A stretch of 29,098 nt of DNA from Halocafeteria seosinensis (Eukaryota), in NCBI GenBank assembly GCA_001687465.1, contig LVLI01000344.1:62001-91098 (forward strand), read 5' to 3'. The notes beneath the pieces are model-generated. The model searched no databases, was not told where the DNA came from, and saw nothing but the letters and a program-made list of their open reading frames with translations. Positions within the stretch are counted from its first letter, which is position 1, and the number at the start of each line of letters is the position of its first letter. A program made the position numbers and the translations under genes. Below, one piece after another: positions 10,001 through 20,900 of this stretch.

Positions 10001-11759
10001 CGTAAAAGTAATGGGTAACAATTTTGACAGTGTCCAAACTGCTTTAATGCAATATTGTGAATTATTGGCACGATATGCCCCCGTCCGGCAGCTGATGGCC
10101 TTGCTGCCTCCAGTTGGTGAGTTGATCCAAGAATGGCATCTTCCTCCTTCCTTGGCGTTCTCCTTAGCCAGGCCAGTGATTCGCGCTTCTATGTTCTCAG
10201 AAGTACCAGGCCGTCCGTTAAATGGCCAATTTACAGCAGAAGAGGCTGAGCAACTACATATAGGAATTGATGCCACTAGTACCTGGGACGGTTTTTCTGC
10301 GGAATTTAGTGAACACATTAGAGCCGCCCTTCAAGACCAGAAGGTGCATGTTGGCTCAGCATCACCTAACATCTGGGACTGCATTTCGCCAAAGCTTTTC
10401 TCGATTTTTTGGTCTCTTAGTTTATTCGACGTATTGGTTCCTACCCCGCGTTACACCGCATCAACTGAGTCAGTAAAAAGGCAGATTGAAGAGCTAGGCA
10501 AGCAAGGGTCCGCTCGTAATCGGAAAGAGCGCGATGCGCAAGACGTTCAGTCGAAATTTTTGAAGGATGTACACGCACGGTTGGAGCAAGATTTACCGAA
10601 CCACAAAGAGCACATACGTAAGGTTCGAACAAAACTAACGGAGGTGAAGGATGAACTGGTTGACTATGAGCAACGTCACAAAATTATTACTGCGTTTATG
10701 CAAGTTTGTGTGTTCCCGCGTGCAATGCTGAGTCCTACTGATGCACTTTACTCCTCGACGTTTCTTGTCCTACTTCACGATCTCAGCACTCCTTCATACA
10801 GCAGTATACAGGCACTGAACAAGGCCTTTTCATTGATGACTCCTACGATAGCAAGCGCTTCTGAAAGAGAAGCCGTGAATTTGGGTATATTTCTTCGAGA
10901 TCTTCTTCTGCGAGTGAATGTGTGGCGAGATCGAGTAGATGTATACGAGAAGCAAGCGGCGAAAGTCGGCTTTGCTTCCCTCGTCGATGGAACAAATGAC
11001 GAAAATGCGCAACGCTTCGATCATTCCAGTTTTTGCAAGGCTCATAATAAATGGCATAAAATGCTGACGAAAGTATTCGTTGCTAGTATTAAGACTGGAG
11101 AGTACAGCGACATAAAGAATGCTATACTTGTTTTGCAAAGGATTAAAAGCGTCTTCCCCGTGTACCCAGGAGTCGATCGCCTTCTCCAAGCAGTGGAATA
11201 CCTCAAAGATCATGAAGAAAGAAAGGACTTGCAGACCCTGGCACGTGGATACCACACAACGTTAAAGAAAAGAATGCAAGAGAAACAGCTCTTTAGCGAA
11301 AATCAGCGCGGAAGTGGTGGAAGTCTATCAGCCAGTTCGCCATCTTTTGTCCCATCACACACGGGCACAGGGGGCGTTGCCGACAATACAGGCACAACCG
11401 GGCAAACGGACACGGAAAACAACGACCATAGTACCTTGGGTAATCAGAATAAGCGTCGCCGCATTGAGGAAGACGCAGATGCTTCGCATCCAGGAAATGG
11501 CAAGTCAAATACAAATGGAGAGAAATCAGAGGGAAAAGGCGAAGGCGCGGAACAGCCTCAACGGTCTTCTAGAAGTCGAGACCGATCTTCACACCACCGG
11601 AATTCTCGAGACAGGCGCGACGGGTCAGAAGCCCGACGATCGTCTTCGAGACCTGCACGCAGTCATGAACGCGCAGCGTCTCATTCAAGATCGTCATCTC
11701 GATACAGCACAAGTAGCGGGTATCGTGGGAGCAGAGGACATGGAAGGTCTCGGCGCTGA
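7089..11759 (+). CDS. THOC2: THO complex subunit 2 (TREX mRNA export), 1556 aa, apparently intronless
   Basis: Motifs NTKLFYTQHKYNLLREDSEGYARL, LVGYFKLDPNRVFDLVLE, ISHCNP....AILNQIEKYDNLI, FWSLSLFDVLVPTPRY, QVCVFPRAMLSPTDALY and ERKDLQTLARGY, followed by an R/S/H-rich low-complexity tail. Confidence 0.95.
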   Translation: MAHLSAVDSTFACKISEQQLSQSVSREQWHDAVVQELQEAVGYLRDNAADTDSSTRTQHEETIREIMCDLTAYCLAQKCPVNLVMSLLQQAKVDQVSSAQDIVVDVLWLFGAVYCHRVDETEDGDTQMEQVDTTSGQLNSCRQSQRGGWTRFGQLARTLQDQEIVQTAKLIERFDLDLLKQSELTDASWFRNKVVRVNTKLFYTQHKYNLLREDSEGYARLLTTLLGCNMATRSPSAIIRRTHSLVGYFKLDPNRVFDLVLEAMEYSIAAGMWSPKARVHKSLVCGTEMEQRTPTVNLNTLRNYATILNEFRATNLKHILGFKFSSCQPKDASVMSLTPYSLCSVAAELVALNLLQVADIWLYLSPESEDSNGGILESLDNQIRSYTVISLTQETKESSSTNGQDAPTDIGMAYGGTFNGHSAALTLAQSTATPEAVFTSKPQDIPLSNDQKVGLVEGLIQFMYGTASKLKELSVCFPFTDVTFGDEEVETLVALFRRSWKALVECCRRIAQERNVHVGMYPTVGFALCRLVDCLIRPTFACIAHGDENESSNYEHVCKVLCCLPPLLRLTGPCLSNDLSTMGMMCSIVRYAWRNRIDESKVDPQGGNSTLADMYTRLQINRRGPLAASFQILLYCLLPSLKLCGSDVNIASQVWDILWQQPWCLRYYAYNFMQQEASENSGLVPFTSDYYYIHEECDPCIVWGWSTSAIDVTNEDPWWSRCDYGHGFDRLLKLTNAKTSWATRNTLKRVASDTIKQAARSIGKISHCNPIPAFDAILNQIEKYDNLIRLVLDAMKFVTPLSLDVVAFLVTQKLASSRAAFQPDGLTPELWLTSLSTFAAQFFQRYHVCSLDALFSMFIHRLVKREMHPIAPVKEILERVGGIRFSIDISDEEVEGQAGSNALRAITTMVDVNELPSDACTKSLVRSLLAGDTQLDGALQSGNRTRPFMPFYLLLVGLRNESVYGEGADSHVKVMGNNFDSVQTALMQYCELLARYAPVRQLMALLPPVGELIQEWHLPPSLAFSLARPVIRASMFSEVPGRPLNGQFTAEEAEQLHIGIDATSTWDGFSAEFSEHIRAALQDQKVHVGSASPNIWDCISPKLFSIFWSLSLFDVLVPTPRYTASTESVKRQIEELGKQGSARNRKERDAQDVQSKFLKDVHARLEQDLPNHKEHIRKVRTKLTEVKDELVDYEQRHKIITAFMQVCVFPRAMLSPTDALYSSTFLVLLHDLSTPSYSSIQALNKAFSLMTPTIASASEREAVNLGIFLRDLLLRVNVWRDRVDVYEKQAAKVGFASLVDGTNDENAQRFDHSSFCKAHNKWHKMLTKVFVASIKTGEYSDIKNAILVLQRIKSVFPVYPGVDRLLQAVEYLKDHEERKDLQTLARGYHTTLKKRMQEKQLFSENQRGSGGSLSASSPSFVPSHTGTGGVADNTGTTGQTDTENNDHSTLGNQNKRRRIEEDADASHPGNGKSNTNGEKSEGKGEGAEQPQRSSRSRDRSSHHRNSRDRRDGSEARRSSSRPARSHERAASHSRSSSRYSTSSGYRGSRGHGRSRR

Positions 11760-11771
11760 ATGGGAACTCCA

Positions 11772-14700
11772 TCATAAGTCCTCGCTATCTTCGAAAAGTA
11801 CACTTTGCGGTAGTTCGTCCCCAGCCTCGTCAGCTTGTCCACGCTTCTGAATAAACAATTTCTCAGCAATGTTTTCTACCCGAGATTTCTTTTCCTGAAA
11901 CAAGTATGACGTTGTGCCGTTTTGCTTAGCCAAATCGTTAGATACTTGGCGATAGAACTCCCGAAATATCTTCCTTCTTTTCTTCCACGGTCCGTAGTCC
12001 CTTCCTGACTCTGTCCCATCTTCTCTCTGCTCGCTTGGACGACAAGTTTGAGGGCCGGCTTCGCTTAGTCTCTTGTGCAGCGCTTCCAGTTGCTCATAAG
12101 AGACACATGGCAGCGACTGAAGAATGCTTTGTGGAGTTTTTGATAGCTGTACCGGGATAATGTTCAGTCTGGCCGAATCGGCCCCGGGAAGATCAGAACT
12201 GCTATGCACGCTTTTCGATGAGTATTTGGTGCTTTTAGATGGCCGCTGTTTTGCATTTTCTTGAGGCGGCGGCAAAATCCCCAAGGTTGCAAGACAGTAA
12301 ATGTCACACGCCAGCGGAAGAGCTTCGTGCTCTAAACTCATTGCCCATTTTTTCTGTAAAAGAAGAGCTTCCATGACGGGAGCAAACAGCCGATCGCAAA
12401 CAATCTCGCTACCAAACTTAACAACATTGAGCAGTTGACCTGACTCCTGAGAATAGTGCATCGCAGCCAAATCACCAAGAATGCACAAAAACGACGTCCA
12501 GACAGATAAGCTGCGCTTCTTCAAGGATTCCGAATATGCAAATTGGGCCACCTGCGTGTCGGTAGTCGTCTGCTCTTTCACGTCGGAGGACATGCAGTCT
12601 AACAAATAACGTAAAAGAGGTTGAGAAGCTTTCGTTTGCCCAAACAGTAGATGGTAACGGAGAGAGGACGTTGAGGTACAAGACAGGAGATCTGTAGGAG
12701 TCCGCATTGGACACGCACAGTTCGGTGCCTCGGAGGCGCACACATCCAACAGACATCGAGCGAGATCCATAGCAGCCTTGTGCCTAACAATTTCCAATAT
12801 CTCCCGTTGCTGATCTTCGAGGCCAGGGAGAACAAGGCCTACATCATTAAACAGCTCAGCCATCGTCAGCGAAGAGGCTTGCCGCTTAAATATGCAGCTC
12901 ACAGTGTTCGCGGCCGCCGAAAATACGGGATCCAGCATGTCGAATACTGCCATTCGCTGAGAAGCCGGACAATACTTCACTAGCGGTACGAGCAACTGGC
13001 GGAAAAGGTTACATTGGATCCGAGCAGGAAGTATACTGCATGTAATACCAGACTGCTGAAATGCCGTGGAACGAACTGTCTGGAGGCAAAGATTTATCCA
13101 TGATGTGCCAGATTCAGAAGTGCCAAATAAACCGTACTCTCCATCTTGAGCACCCATTGCAAGTAAGGCGCACAGATGCCAAAACATACGGAGCCACCAT
13201 ACAGCGATGTTATTTGCTCTATAGTGAAGTTGAGCTAAGGATGTCACTTCAAGCGGTTTTGAAGTGTTCCGCTGTGGTATATACGATCCTCCTTCTCCGT
13301 CGTCCGCGGGAGCATCAGCAGCAGTTCCTCCCTCATCTTCCCCAATGTCAAGGAGACTGCCCGCCTCCGCGCCTATGAGCAATCGAACTTCTTCGCGGCT
13401 AACTGCTAAGAGCCACATGCCCCATACACTATTGTATACCGCCTCTTTTGGGCTCTGCGAGGAACCACTTGTTTCGGATCCTCGGTTATCCCAAATGGAG
13501 CTTATAATCCGAAGCGCCTGAAAAATGCTAGGGAATAAGTGCATCCAGTTCTTTGCGAATGGAGACGACTCCGCCATAGCTGGATCCTCCTGAGGATGCA
13601 CGCATCTGCGTCGAATGGACCAGAGATACCCAAGAGTGTCAAGAAGTCGTTGTCGAGGTGCACTGGGCGGATAAGGGGCTACTTCACTAAAGTGCTTTGA
13701 GATTTGATTGGCTTTCTCCCATGGCATTAGGGTTGGCGAGAAGAACGGTGGAAACGATTCATTCAATCCCGTACCAGTAAGCAGTTGTCTAACATGCGTA
13801 AAGCACCTTGTAAAATCTTGAGAAGTCCACATCTGTATCGGTTTCGCTGAGAGCTCCGATACTAGGTGCAACTGATCTGCAGAGTTCATGGCATTCGCAA
13901 TGAGGACAACAAACTCATACAAAATGATTTCTTCTGCCGGAGGCAATACTGGCAATTCGGAATTTGTCATTTGAGATACTTTTGAACAAATATTTCCAAT
14001 AACTGGCACCAGGAACGTGGGTGCAAATCTGCCGTAGTGAACTAGAGACAAACAGGCTCGGCGCTGCCTGTATGACTCATTCGTAAACCGAAACGTCGGC
14101 ATCCCGTCCTCTGTTTCAACAGGAACATTGCCTGGGCAAGGAGTTTCAGCTAGACTAAATAGAGTCTGTGCAATGCGAACTACTAGATCAGCGCACCTGC
14201 TGTGAAGCTGCGGTAAATCTCGCGCGACTCTATTATCGTTCATTGCTCCGAACCAAGCGCCAAAAGCAGACGCGAACTGGCACCATACGCTAAGCAACAA
14301 AGGGTCATGTTTGAAGGCTACCCCTGTGAAATCCGCTACTCCTGAAAGCAGACGCTCGACGCTTCCTAACAAGGAGGGAGATAACCGGGTTATCAAGCCC
14401 ATATTGATCTGCCCTGTATATGGTTCTGGATTTTGGTCGGCGGGTAACACTCGATTGCCGGACCGAGCTTGGTGTGACAAACCGGTTACGAGGTGATTCA
14501 CAGCCGCCATTGTTCCTCTATATTCCAAATATCTCGGTGATGCTCTTGAGCAACTTCCATCTGTATACCGTCCTATGTCGTCTTCAACAATGTTAGACCC
14601 TAGTGGCTTTCCTTCAGAGAGCAGAAGAGAATTCTGGTCCAGACAGCTGGTCGTTATATGTAGGACAGCCTTTGCAACTAGCTCTGGCGATACTCTCGCC

Positions 14701-16433
14701 AGCACTTTGCATAGCGCTCCTGCTTTTGCGCGATTTTGCGTATGAAAGCCTATGTAGTCATCTGGTGAATCGAATTCATTATTGAGATACTGCTTGGTAA
14801 TGGGGTCGCTTAGCAGTGAAGCCAGGCTGCCCTCAGATCCATGAACGAACTTCGAAAACGGGAGTGATGAGCTGACAAGTACCATACTAACGTGTCGGGT
14901 CATGGACCGAACAGTTCCCGTGACGATGCTTTCAAGCAACGATTGTACTGAGTCCGTCCTACTCACTTTTTTGGTGTCTCTGGATAAAATGGTATCTACG
15001 GCGGTCAAAGAGATCGATATAATATGGGGACTAGGATGATGCAGCATCTTAACGATTGAGTTAAGACATAGCTGGAATATTTTGCGCCGTCCGTCCGCCG
15101 AAGAGTTCGTTTCCCAGTGCACAATTCGGTCCGCATGAGACGTTGCAAAGTGTGCACAAGCAGCACATAAGCGTTTCAATGGGTTATAGAAGGAGAAATC
15201 GGACAACTGCAATGATTCGTCCAAATGCTGAATAGTTAGAGCGGGAACTGATAGTCCGAGCGTATATACGATGTCTTCATCACGGTGATCGAAGGAGCGT
15301 CCACCCAACATTAGGAAGGTATCGGCCGCGTAAAGGCGGATGGTCCAGACTGGATTCTTGGCCAGGTTTGCGACTAGTGACACTAAATCGAGCTCGCGGA
15401 TGTATTGACACTGCACCCATTCAGCGATCGATGCAAACATGCGCAATACAGAGCAACACAAAAGCACGTCTTCGTCTTCCTGCTGGGGACGTGTCTTTGA
15501 GTCCAACGAGCGACAGTGAACTTGCAGTTTTCTATACAGCGGTGGCAAAATAGTTGGTATAGAAGCATGCAACCCCTGCAAAGAAGATTGCCAGCATCTC
15601 AACCTTCAAAGAATAAATCCTCAGTACGCTATACACGCACTTTCGCACTTACCCGTAGTATTTCATCACGTCGTCTGGTCTCCAAGGCAAGATTGAAGTC
15701 CGAACTGCGTGTTCCCCAAACAGCATACGTCTCACATAGACTGCAGAGAGAAAATATCCCCATTATGCTGAGCCTACTCACCTTGTGGTTTCTTCAGAGA
15801 GTCGTTCAATAAGTAGGCAAACAATGCGTGCCTGGTTTGTTTCCATTCCACTCTCCACCTGTGCTTGTGATCCTTGAATCCCAAGACTTTCGTTCTGGCC
15901 CACGTTCTCCAAGGCTGATCCTGCCGCTTGCAAGAGATCATCGAACAACGTCGGCCACTTTTGCGGCCATTCGTGCATGGCTAATTCGGCCAGTACGGCA
16001 GCGAATTTCTCCAAGAGGAATTTCTGCTCTTGACGATGGACCACATCCGTGGATGCCACCGAAGGGAAGTGTCGGACAATCTGGGGGAATGCTTGCTTGA
16101 GTTCGTCTTTTTCCGTCTGAGAGCCTTTCTGTATCCTATAGTCGAAGATCTGTAGAGCATAAAATTTCACTCGCGCTGTATGCTCCGCCAGCGTCGGTTG
16201 ATTCCATATGTACAAAGCATATTGTAGACTATCTGGCCTCTGTTTCACATCTTCGCAATACTGCATGACACAACACAGGATAGGTAAGCCACATAGACAC
16301 TCATTATCAGTCGACCGTATCATCTTACCTGAGTTGCCACTTGTAGATCTTGCGAAGACGGTGCTGAGGAGGCGAGAACCCTATTTTGGGCTTGTAATAT
16401 GTTTTGGTACACGGTCTGACTGTCGTCCTGCAT
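11772..16433 (-). CDS. XPO5: Exportin-5 (XPO5/HASTY/Msn5-type importin-beta family exportin), 4 exons, ~1479 aa
   Basis: Minus-strand exons 16433-16329, 16260-15782, 15704-15653, 15575-11772 (4440 nt, in frame; introns 68, 77, 77 nt, all GT-AG). N-terminus ATQ|YCEDVK...VKFYALQI resembles the importin-beta N-terminal domain; EKFAAVLAELAMHEWPQKWP and LSEETTSSDFNLALETRRRDEILR|GL resemble the Xpo1-domain of exportin-5. The C-terminal half is divergent. Confidence 0.8.
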
Positions 16434-16616
16434 TATGCACGAAAAGTTACGCCCTGATAGGTACCCCTACCCTACATGGATAGGCTCTACGCGCCTCGAA
16501 AAGAAGCACGTAAATGATACGGATACATAAACCAAACAATACAATTCGTCATTAGGTACGTCAACTTGTTGGCGAAATTCCCGACCCAGTCCCCCTTTGT
16601 GAAGTCGTGTGAACAA

Positions 16617-16649
16617 CCTGTGGTCCACAGGCTGTGGACCAGGCTGTGG
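16617..16649. repeat. Overlapping palindromes and CTGTGG repeat upstream of XPO5
   Basis: CCTGTGG-T-CCACAGG (16617-16631) overlaps TGGTCCACAG-G-CTGTGGACCA (16621-16641); CTGTGG occurs at 16618, 16632 and 16644. Confidence 0.75.
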
Positions 16650-16998
16650 TACATATATAGATGTTTGCACGGCGAACCCTCAGGGCGTTGAACATAGGTT
16701 TCGTTTATTATTACACATTTCAATTGGGTAATTGAACCACCGATATTGTCATACCGGTGCTTATCAGTTGCGCAGAAAACTACAGCTCCCACTGCGGCTG
16801 ATATGCTTCAGTTCAGCAGCAGTGCCATTTTCCCCAGTTACGAGTGTTCATTCACACATCACCAAGACTTCCGCTAGATGTATATCATCGATATTACTAA
16901 CCGTTATAGGCATGTGCATAGCAGCAATCATGCCTGTCGAAACTGATCAACACGCTCTTTCAAACTTTTTGGTTTCTACAACCGAATGCAGTCTCAGC

Positions 16999-17616
16999 TC
17001 ACTTATGACGCCTCCGAGCACCATTCGCAGGAGAAGATGGCCGCTCTTCAGGATTTGAGTTTCCCTCCCGTTGATTGGATAGTTCTTCTCTCTGCTCAGA
17101 GGGGGCAGTGGACGGGTAGTTTTCATCCTCGCGAAATGCTTCGTACACGTACGCCGCCATGACCGTATTCGTAACCAGGACTGCAAACACTCCCCTGCAT
17201 ATATGGGGTGGTGGATATAACTAGTCGTAGGTAAACTCAAAACTTCCACAAACGTCCCTTACCCTAGGATTAAGGGGTCTCCAAAGGGACGTACCCACTC
17301 TGCGAGAAGCATCCATACTTTTCTGTTTTTCCATAGCACAGCAGCAACAGGAATAGCACCCGCTTTCTCACCTTGTAACCAAAATGCAACTGTCAAGAAT
17401 GCCACAATAGGGAAGGCAAACATGAGGACAGTGTAAATTCCCAGTTTTCGGAACGTATCAGCATTCCGGGACAGCCTGCAGCAAACAAAACTATGTCCCA
17501 AGACTTCCATTTCTCCACACTGACACACGATGCACGTACAGAGAAACATATGCAGGAGCGGCAGAGCCTCCGGTGCCCTGCTGTGACTGTTGGTCTGACG
17601 AAGGGGACTCGTCCAT
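16999..17616 (-). CDS. VMA21: V-ATPase assembly factor VMA21-like, two transmembrane helices, 4 exons, ~137 aa
   Basis: Minus-strand exons 17616-17540, 17475-17372, 17299-17263, 17194-16999 (414 nt, in frame; introns 64, 72, 68 nt, GT-AG). Product reads ...FRKLGIYTVLMFAFPIVAFL...GGVFAVLVTNTVMAAYVYEAFRE..., matching the VMA21 pattern (KL..ft.lM...Pi and aAV..vNvVl..Yv..A..E). Confidence 0.82.
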
Positions 17617-17962
17617 GACGATGAATTTGTTGAAGTGCTAATGGCATACACCGCGTAGTGGGGCACTCAACGGTCCCGTCTGCACATGCGCTACGACCGG
17701 TAACTCGAGTCAGGCGAAACAATCGAATGAACTGAATCAACATCTACAAGAAGTCTAGAAAACACATCCCTTACATTACGTGGAGGGAAACGATACTGTT
17801 TGTGAAGGTGCGACGTAGCGACCGTTAGCTCATTGAGCTGTACGCGATGGATAAAGCAGTATCGCCAGAATTGGAGTGGTAGCTGTGTCTCTCTCCGATA
17901 TTCATACCTGATTGTGGCAGCCAATGAGTGTCATGGCCGGAGGAGAATCGTGCTCTTGAGCC
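17617..17962. promoter_or_regulatory. Divergent intergenic region (probable bidirectional promoter) between VMA21 and the coiled-coil gene
   Basis: 346 bp between outward-facing ATGs; contains AGCTCA-T-TGAGCT at 17827-17839. Function inferred from position only. Confidence 0.45.
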
Positions 17963-20900
17963 ATGGACACCGGATCCTCAACTTCAGAGACCGCGGCGTC
18001 TGTCGGCACTGGCCATCCTACGACCTCTTCTGTCGCCAAACACGATGGTTTGCGAGAAGGCGGCCAGAAAACCGATATGACGAATTCTTCTCCGTCGGTT
18101 AACGACGCAACTGTGGCATCGCATCGGTCTTCGTTGACAAACAACGTAGTTACGGCCACGGCAACTACCCACGGAGCATCCACAACACCAACGAGCACAA
18201 TCCCTTCGGGCATAAGGACTGCAGCTACTGACGAGGATGATGGGGGGTTATCGGTCTTCAACATTTCACCTGCGTCGGATAATGGCAATACGGGCACGAC
18301 ACCACGGCATAGACAAACTCCGTCACCGCAACTAAGCAGTGTTCATGATGGGGCTGCCGAACGTACGCCAGAGATCGGGAAGCGATTGGCACGTAATGGA
18401 CAAAAAAGGCAAATGCAAGCTTTTACTCCACCTTATCAACATGAAACGTGGACGTACAGCACTTTGCAAGACCAACTGGCCCAAGAGAAAGCTGCGAAGA
18501 ACTTTGCGGAACAGAAAGTCAAATATTTAGAAGAGGAGATAGAACTAGTTAACTCTGAACTGGAGGCAGCGCGTGAGAATGATAGCACTATAAAAGAGCT
18601 CGAAAATGCTTTGGAAAAAGAGGGACGGCGGGCCCAGAAACTTCAAGAAAGAGTGGATCACTTGGAGTCAAAGTACGAAGGCAAGAATCAGGAGTACTGT
18701 ACTCAGAATGCTAACCTTTCACGTGAGAACAAGAATCTACAAGAAAGCCTGGATGCAGCAAATAACCAAATAATAGAAATTGAACGGGAAAAAGGAAACC
18801 TGGTTCAGGAGAACCAGAAGGTTTCGAGGAAGCTTCAGGCCGTCCAACAGGAGGCTTCCTCTCTGAAGCAGAAGATCAGCTCCATCGAGACAGAAAAGCG
18901 CAACCTACAGAAGCACAATGAAAAACTTCGTGTGGAAAAACAACGACTTGAACAAAATGTTTCGTTGTTAGAAGGAAAAAAGAAATCCCTCAAGTCAGAT
19001 TTGCAAAACGCTCGGAGTAATATCAGTAACCTCAAGGACAAAATCCTCGAACTACAAAGAAAGCTTGATACACACCTTACGGAATCATCTACTCGAGAAT
19101 ACAATTCCGCAGTCCAGATAGAGGAGTCCCTTTCCGATCAAGAAAGGTTAGAAGAGCGACTTCGGAGTCTCTTGGCCGAGCGCCACCAAGAGCTTAAAGA
19201 TTACGAAGATAGAAACAAAGAAGATGCATCCACTATTGCTCAATATCGTGAGACTGTTGAAAACTTAGAACATCAGGTAGGGGATCTAAAGCAGGAACTT
19301 CACTCAGAAACACAGGAGAAGCAGAAATACGCGAGCAAAACGCAGGGGTTGCAAAAGAGAGTTGACGAATTAAAAGAGCAACTGCAAGAAAGCATACCAG
19401 ACCCAGAGCGCAGCGAGGAATCCCATTCAAAAGAGAAACTCCAGCGTCTTGTCAAAGACAAGGACAGTGAGATTATGAATCTCCACCAAGAATTGGAGGA
19501 AGCCATGTCTACTAGTTCGTCTCAGCAGGAACGATTACGACGGCTACAAGAACGTTTTGATGACGCTAGAGAGAAGTACAGGAAGCAAAGCGACCAGGTT
19601 GTGGAGTTACAGAATGAAATAAAGAGGTATAAGCGGAAATTACAAGAATTCACTCTAAATGAAACAGACGAGCCTTCTATCCAACAAGGTGGCAACAACA
19701 GAAGCAACTCCTGGACCCCCAGTCCTCCCTCCAGAATTAATCCTTGTGAAAATAACGTGGTTCAGAACTTACAAATTGCATTTGATTCCCTAAACGAAGA
19801 TTATCAGGAAGTAGAGAAACAACGGCAAGAAGCCGAGGATGAAGCAAATCGCTGGAGGCAAGCTATTTATGAAAAAGACTCGACTCTTCTTGAGCTGCGA
19901 CGGAAAATTCAAGAGCTCAAAGACGAGACGTCTTCTAAAGCGCATGCTTTAGAGAAAAAGTCCAATCAACTGCAAGAGTCAACTGAAAAAGGAAAATGCG
20001 AAGAAGAAAAGGCGAAGTCTTTAAAAGCAGAGCTCCACCGTTATATGAAGGAACATCGCTCGATTGCAGTCGAATTAGAGGATTACAAGGAAACTCTAAG
20101 CTCGACCAAGGATGAGTTGAAGGAGACAAAGGTACAACTCCGATGGAAAGAAGAGGACGCAAGAGTTGCCGCGTCGTATTCGACAAAATTGAAAGAGCAA
20201 GTGAATGAGTACCTGTCTGTAAAAGAGGATGCAGAGACCAGACTTAAAGAGGAGTCAGAAAAGCGTGCGGAAATAGAAGCGCATGCTTCGAAGCTGCAGC
20301 AGACGAATTCTTCTTTAGAACACGAGCTGTCGGATAAAAAGAAACAGATGGACTCTCTGCAAGAAGAAATTAGAAGCCGCAGAGAAGCTGAAGATGTAAA
20401 CGTTGATGATGCGATTGCAAATCAACAGCAGCGTCTGGAGGAAATATTGAGTCGGGTACAAGACCGAGAATCTGATATTCGGAGAATTTCCAAAGAAAAC
20501 GAAGACTACTTACGTGAAATCGGCAGAATTAAAAGCCAAAATGAGGAGCTACGAGAGAAGAACCAACACTTAAGTAGAAGTTTACAAGATTATGAACGTG
20601 ATTATGGCGAAAAGTGCAATGAAGTGGATTCGCTCTCCAGACAATATCGGCAGGGTCAAGCTAAATGTCGCTCTCTTGAAACAAAAATCTCAAATTTGCA
20701 GAAAGAACAAAGTGAATATATTAGAATTGTGGAGGAAAAAGACTCAGAACTTGTGCAGTATCGGTTGAAAGAAAATTATAATCGGAAAGAAATCGCTAAG
20801 CTGAAGGAACAATACCAGCGAGTGTGTGAAGCTAATAACTCCCACCAGAACACTCAACATCAACTCCAACAGCAAGTGCATGAATTGGAGGAAAACCTAA

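Noticed and set aside
16467..16792. Small ORFs between XPO5 and VMA21
   Set aside because: No homology signal or protein-like composition; region is better explained as UTR and promoter.
16999..17016. VMA21 ends in RRRHK rather than a KKxx ER-retrieval signal
   Set aside because: KKxx is present in yeast Vma21p but absent in mammalian VMA21, so its absence is not unusual.
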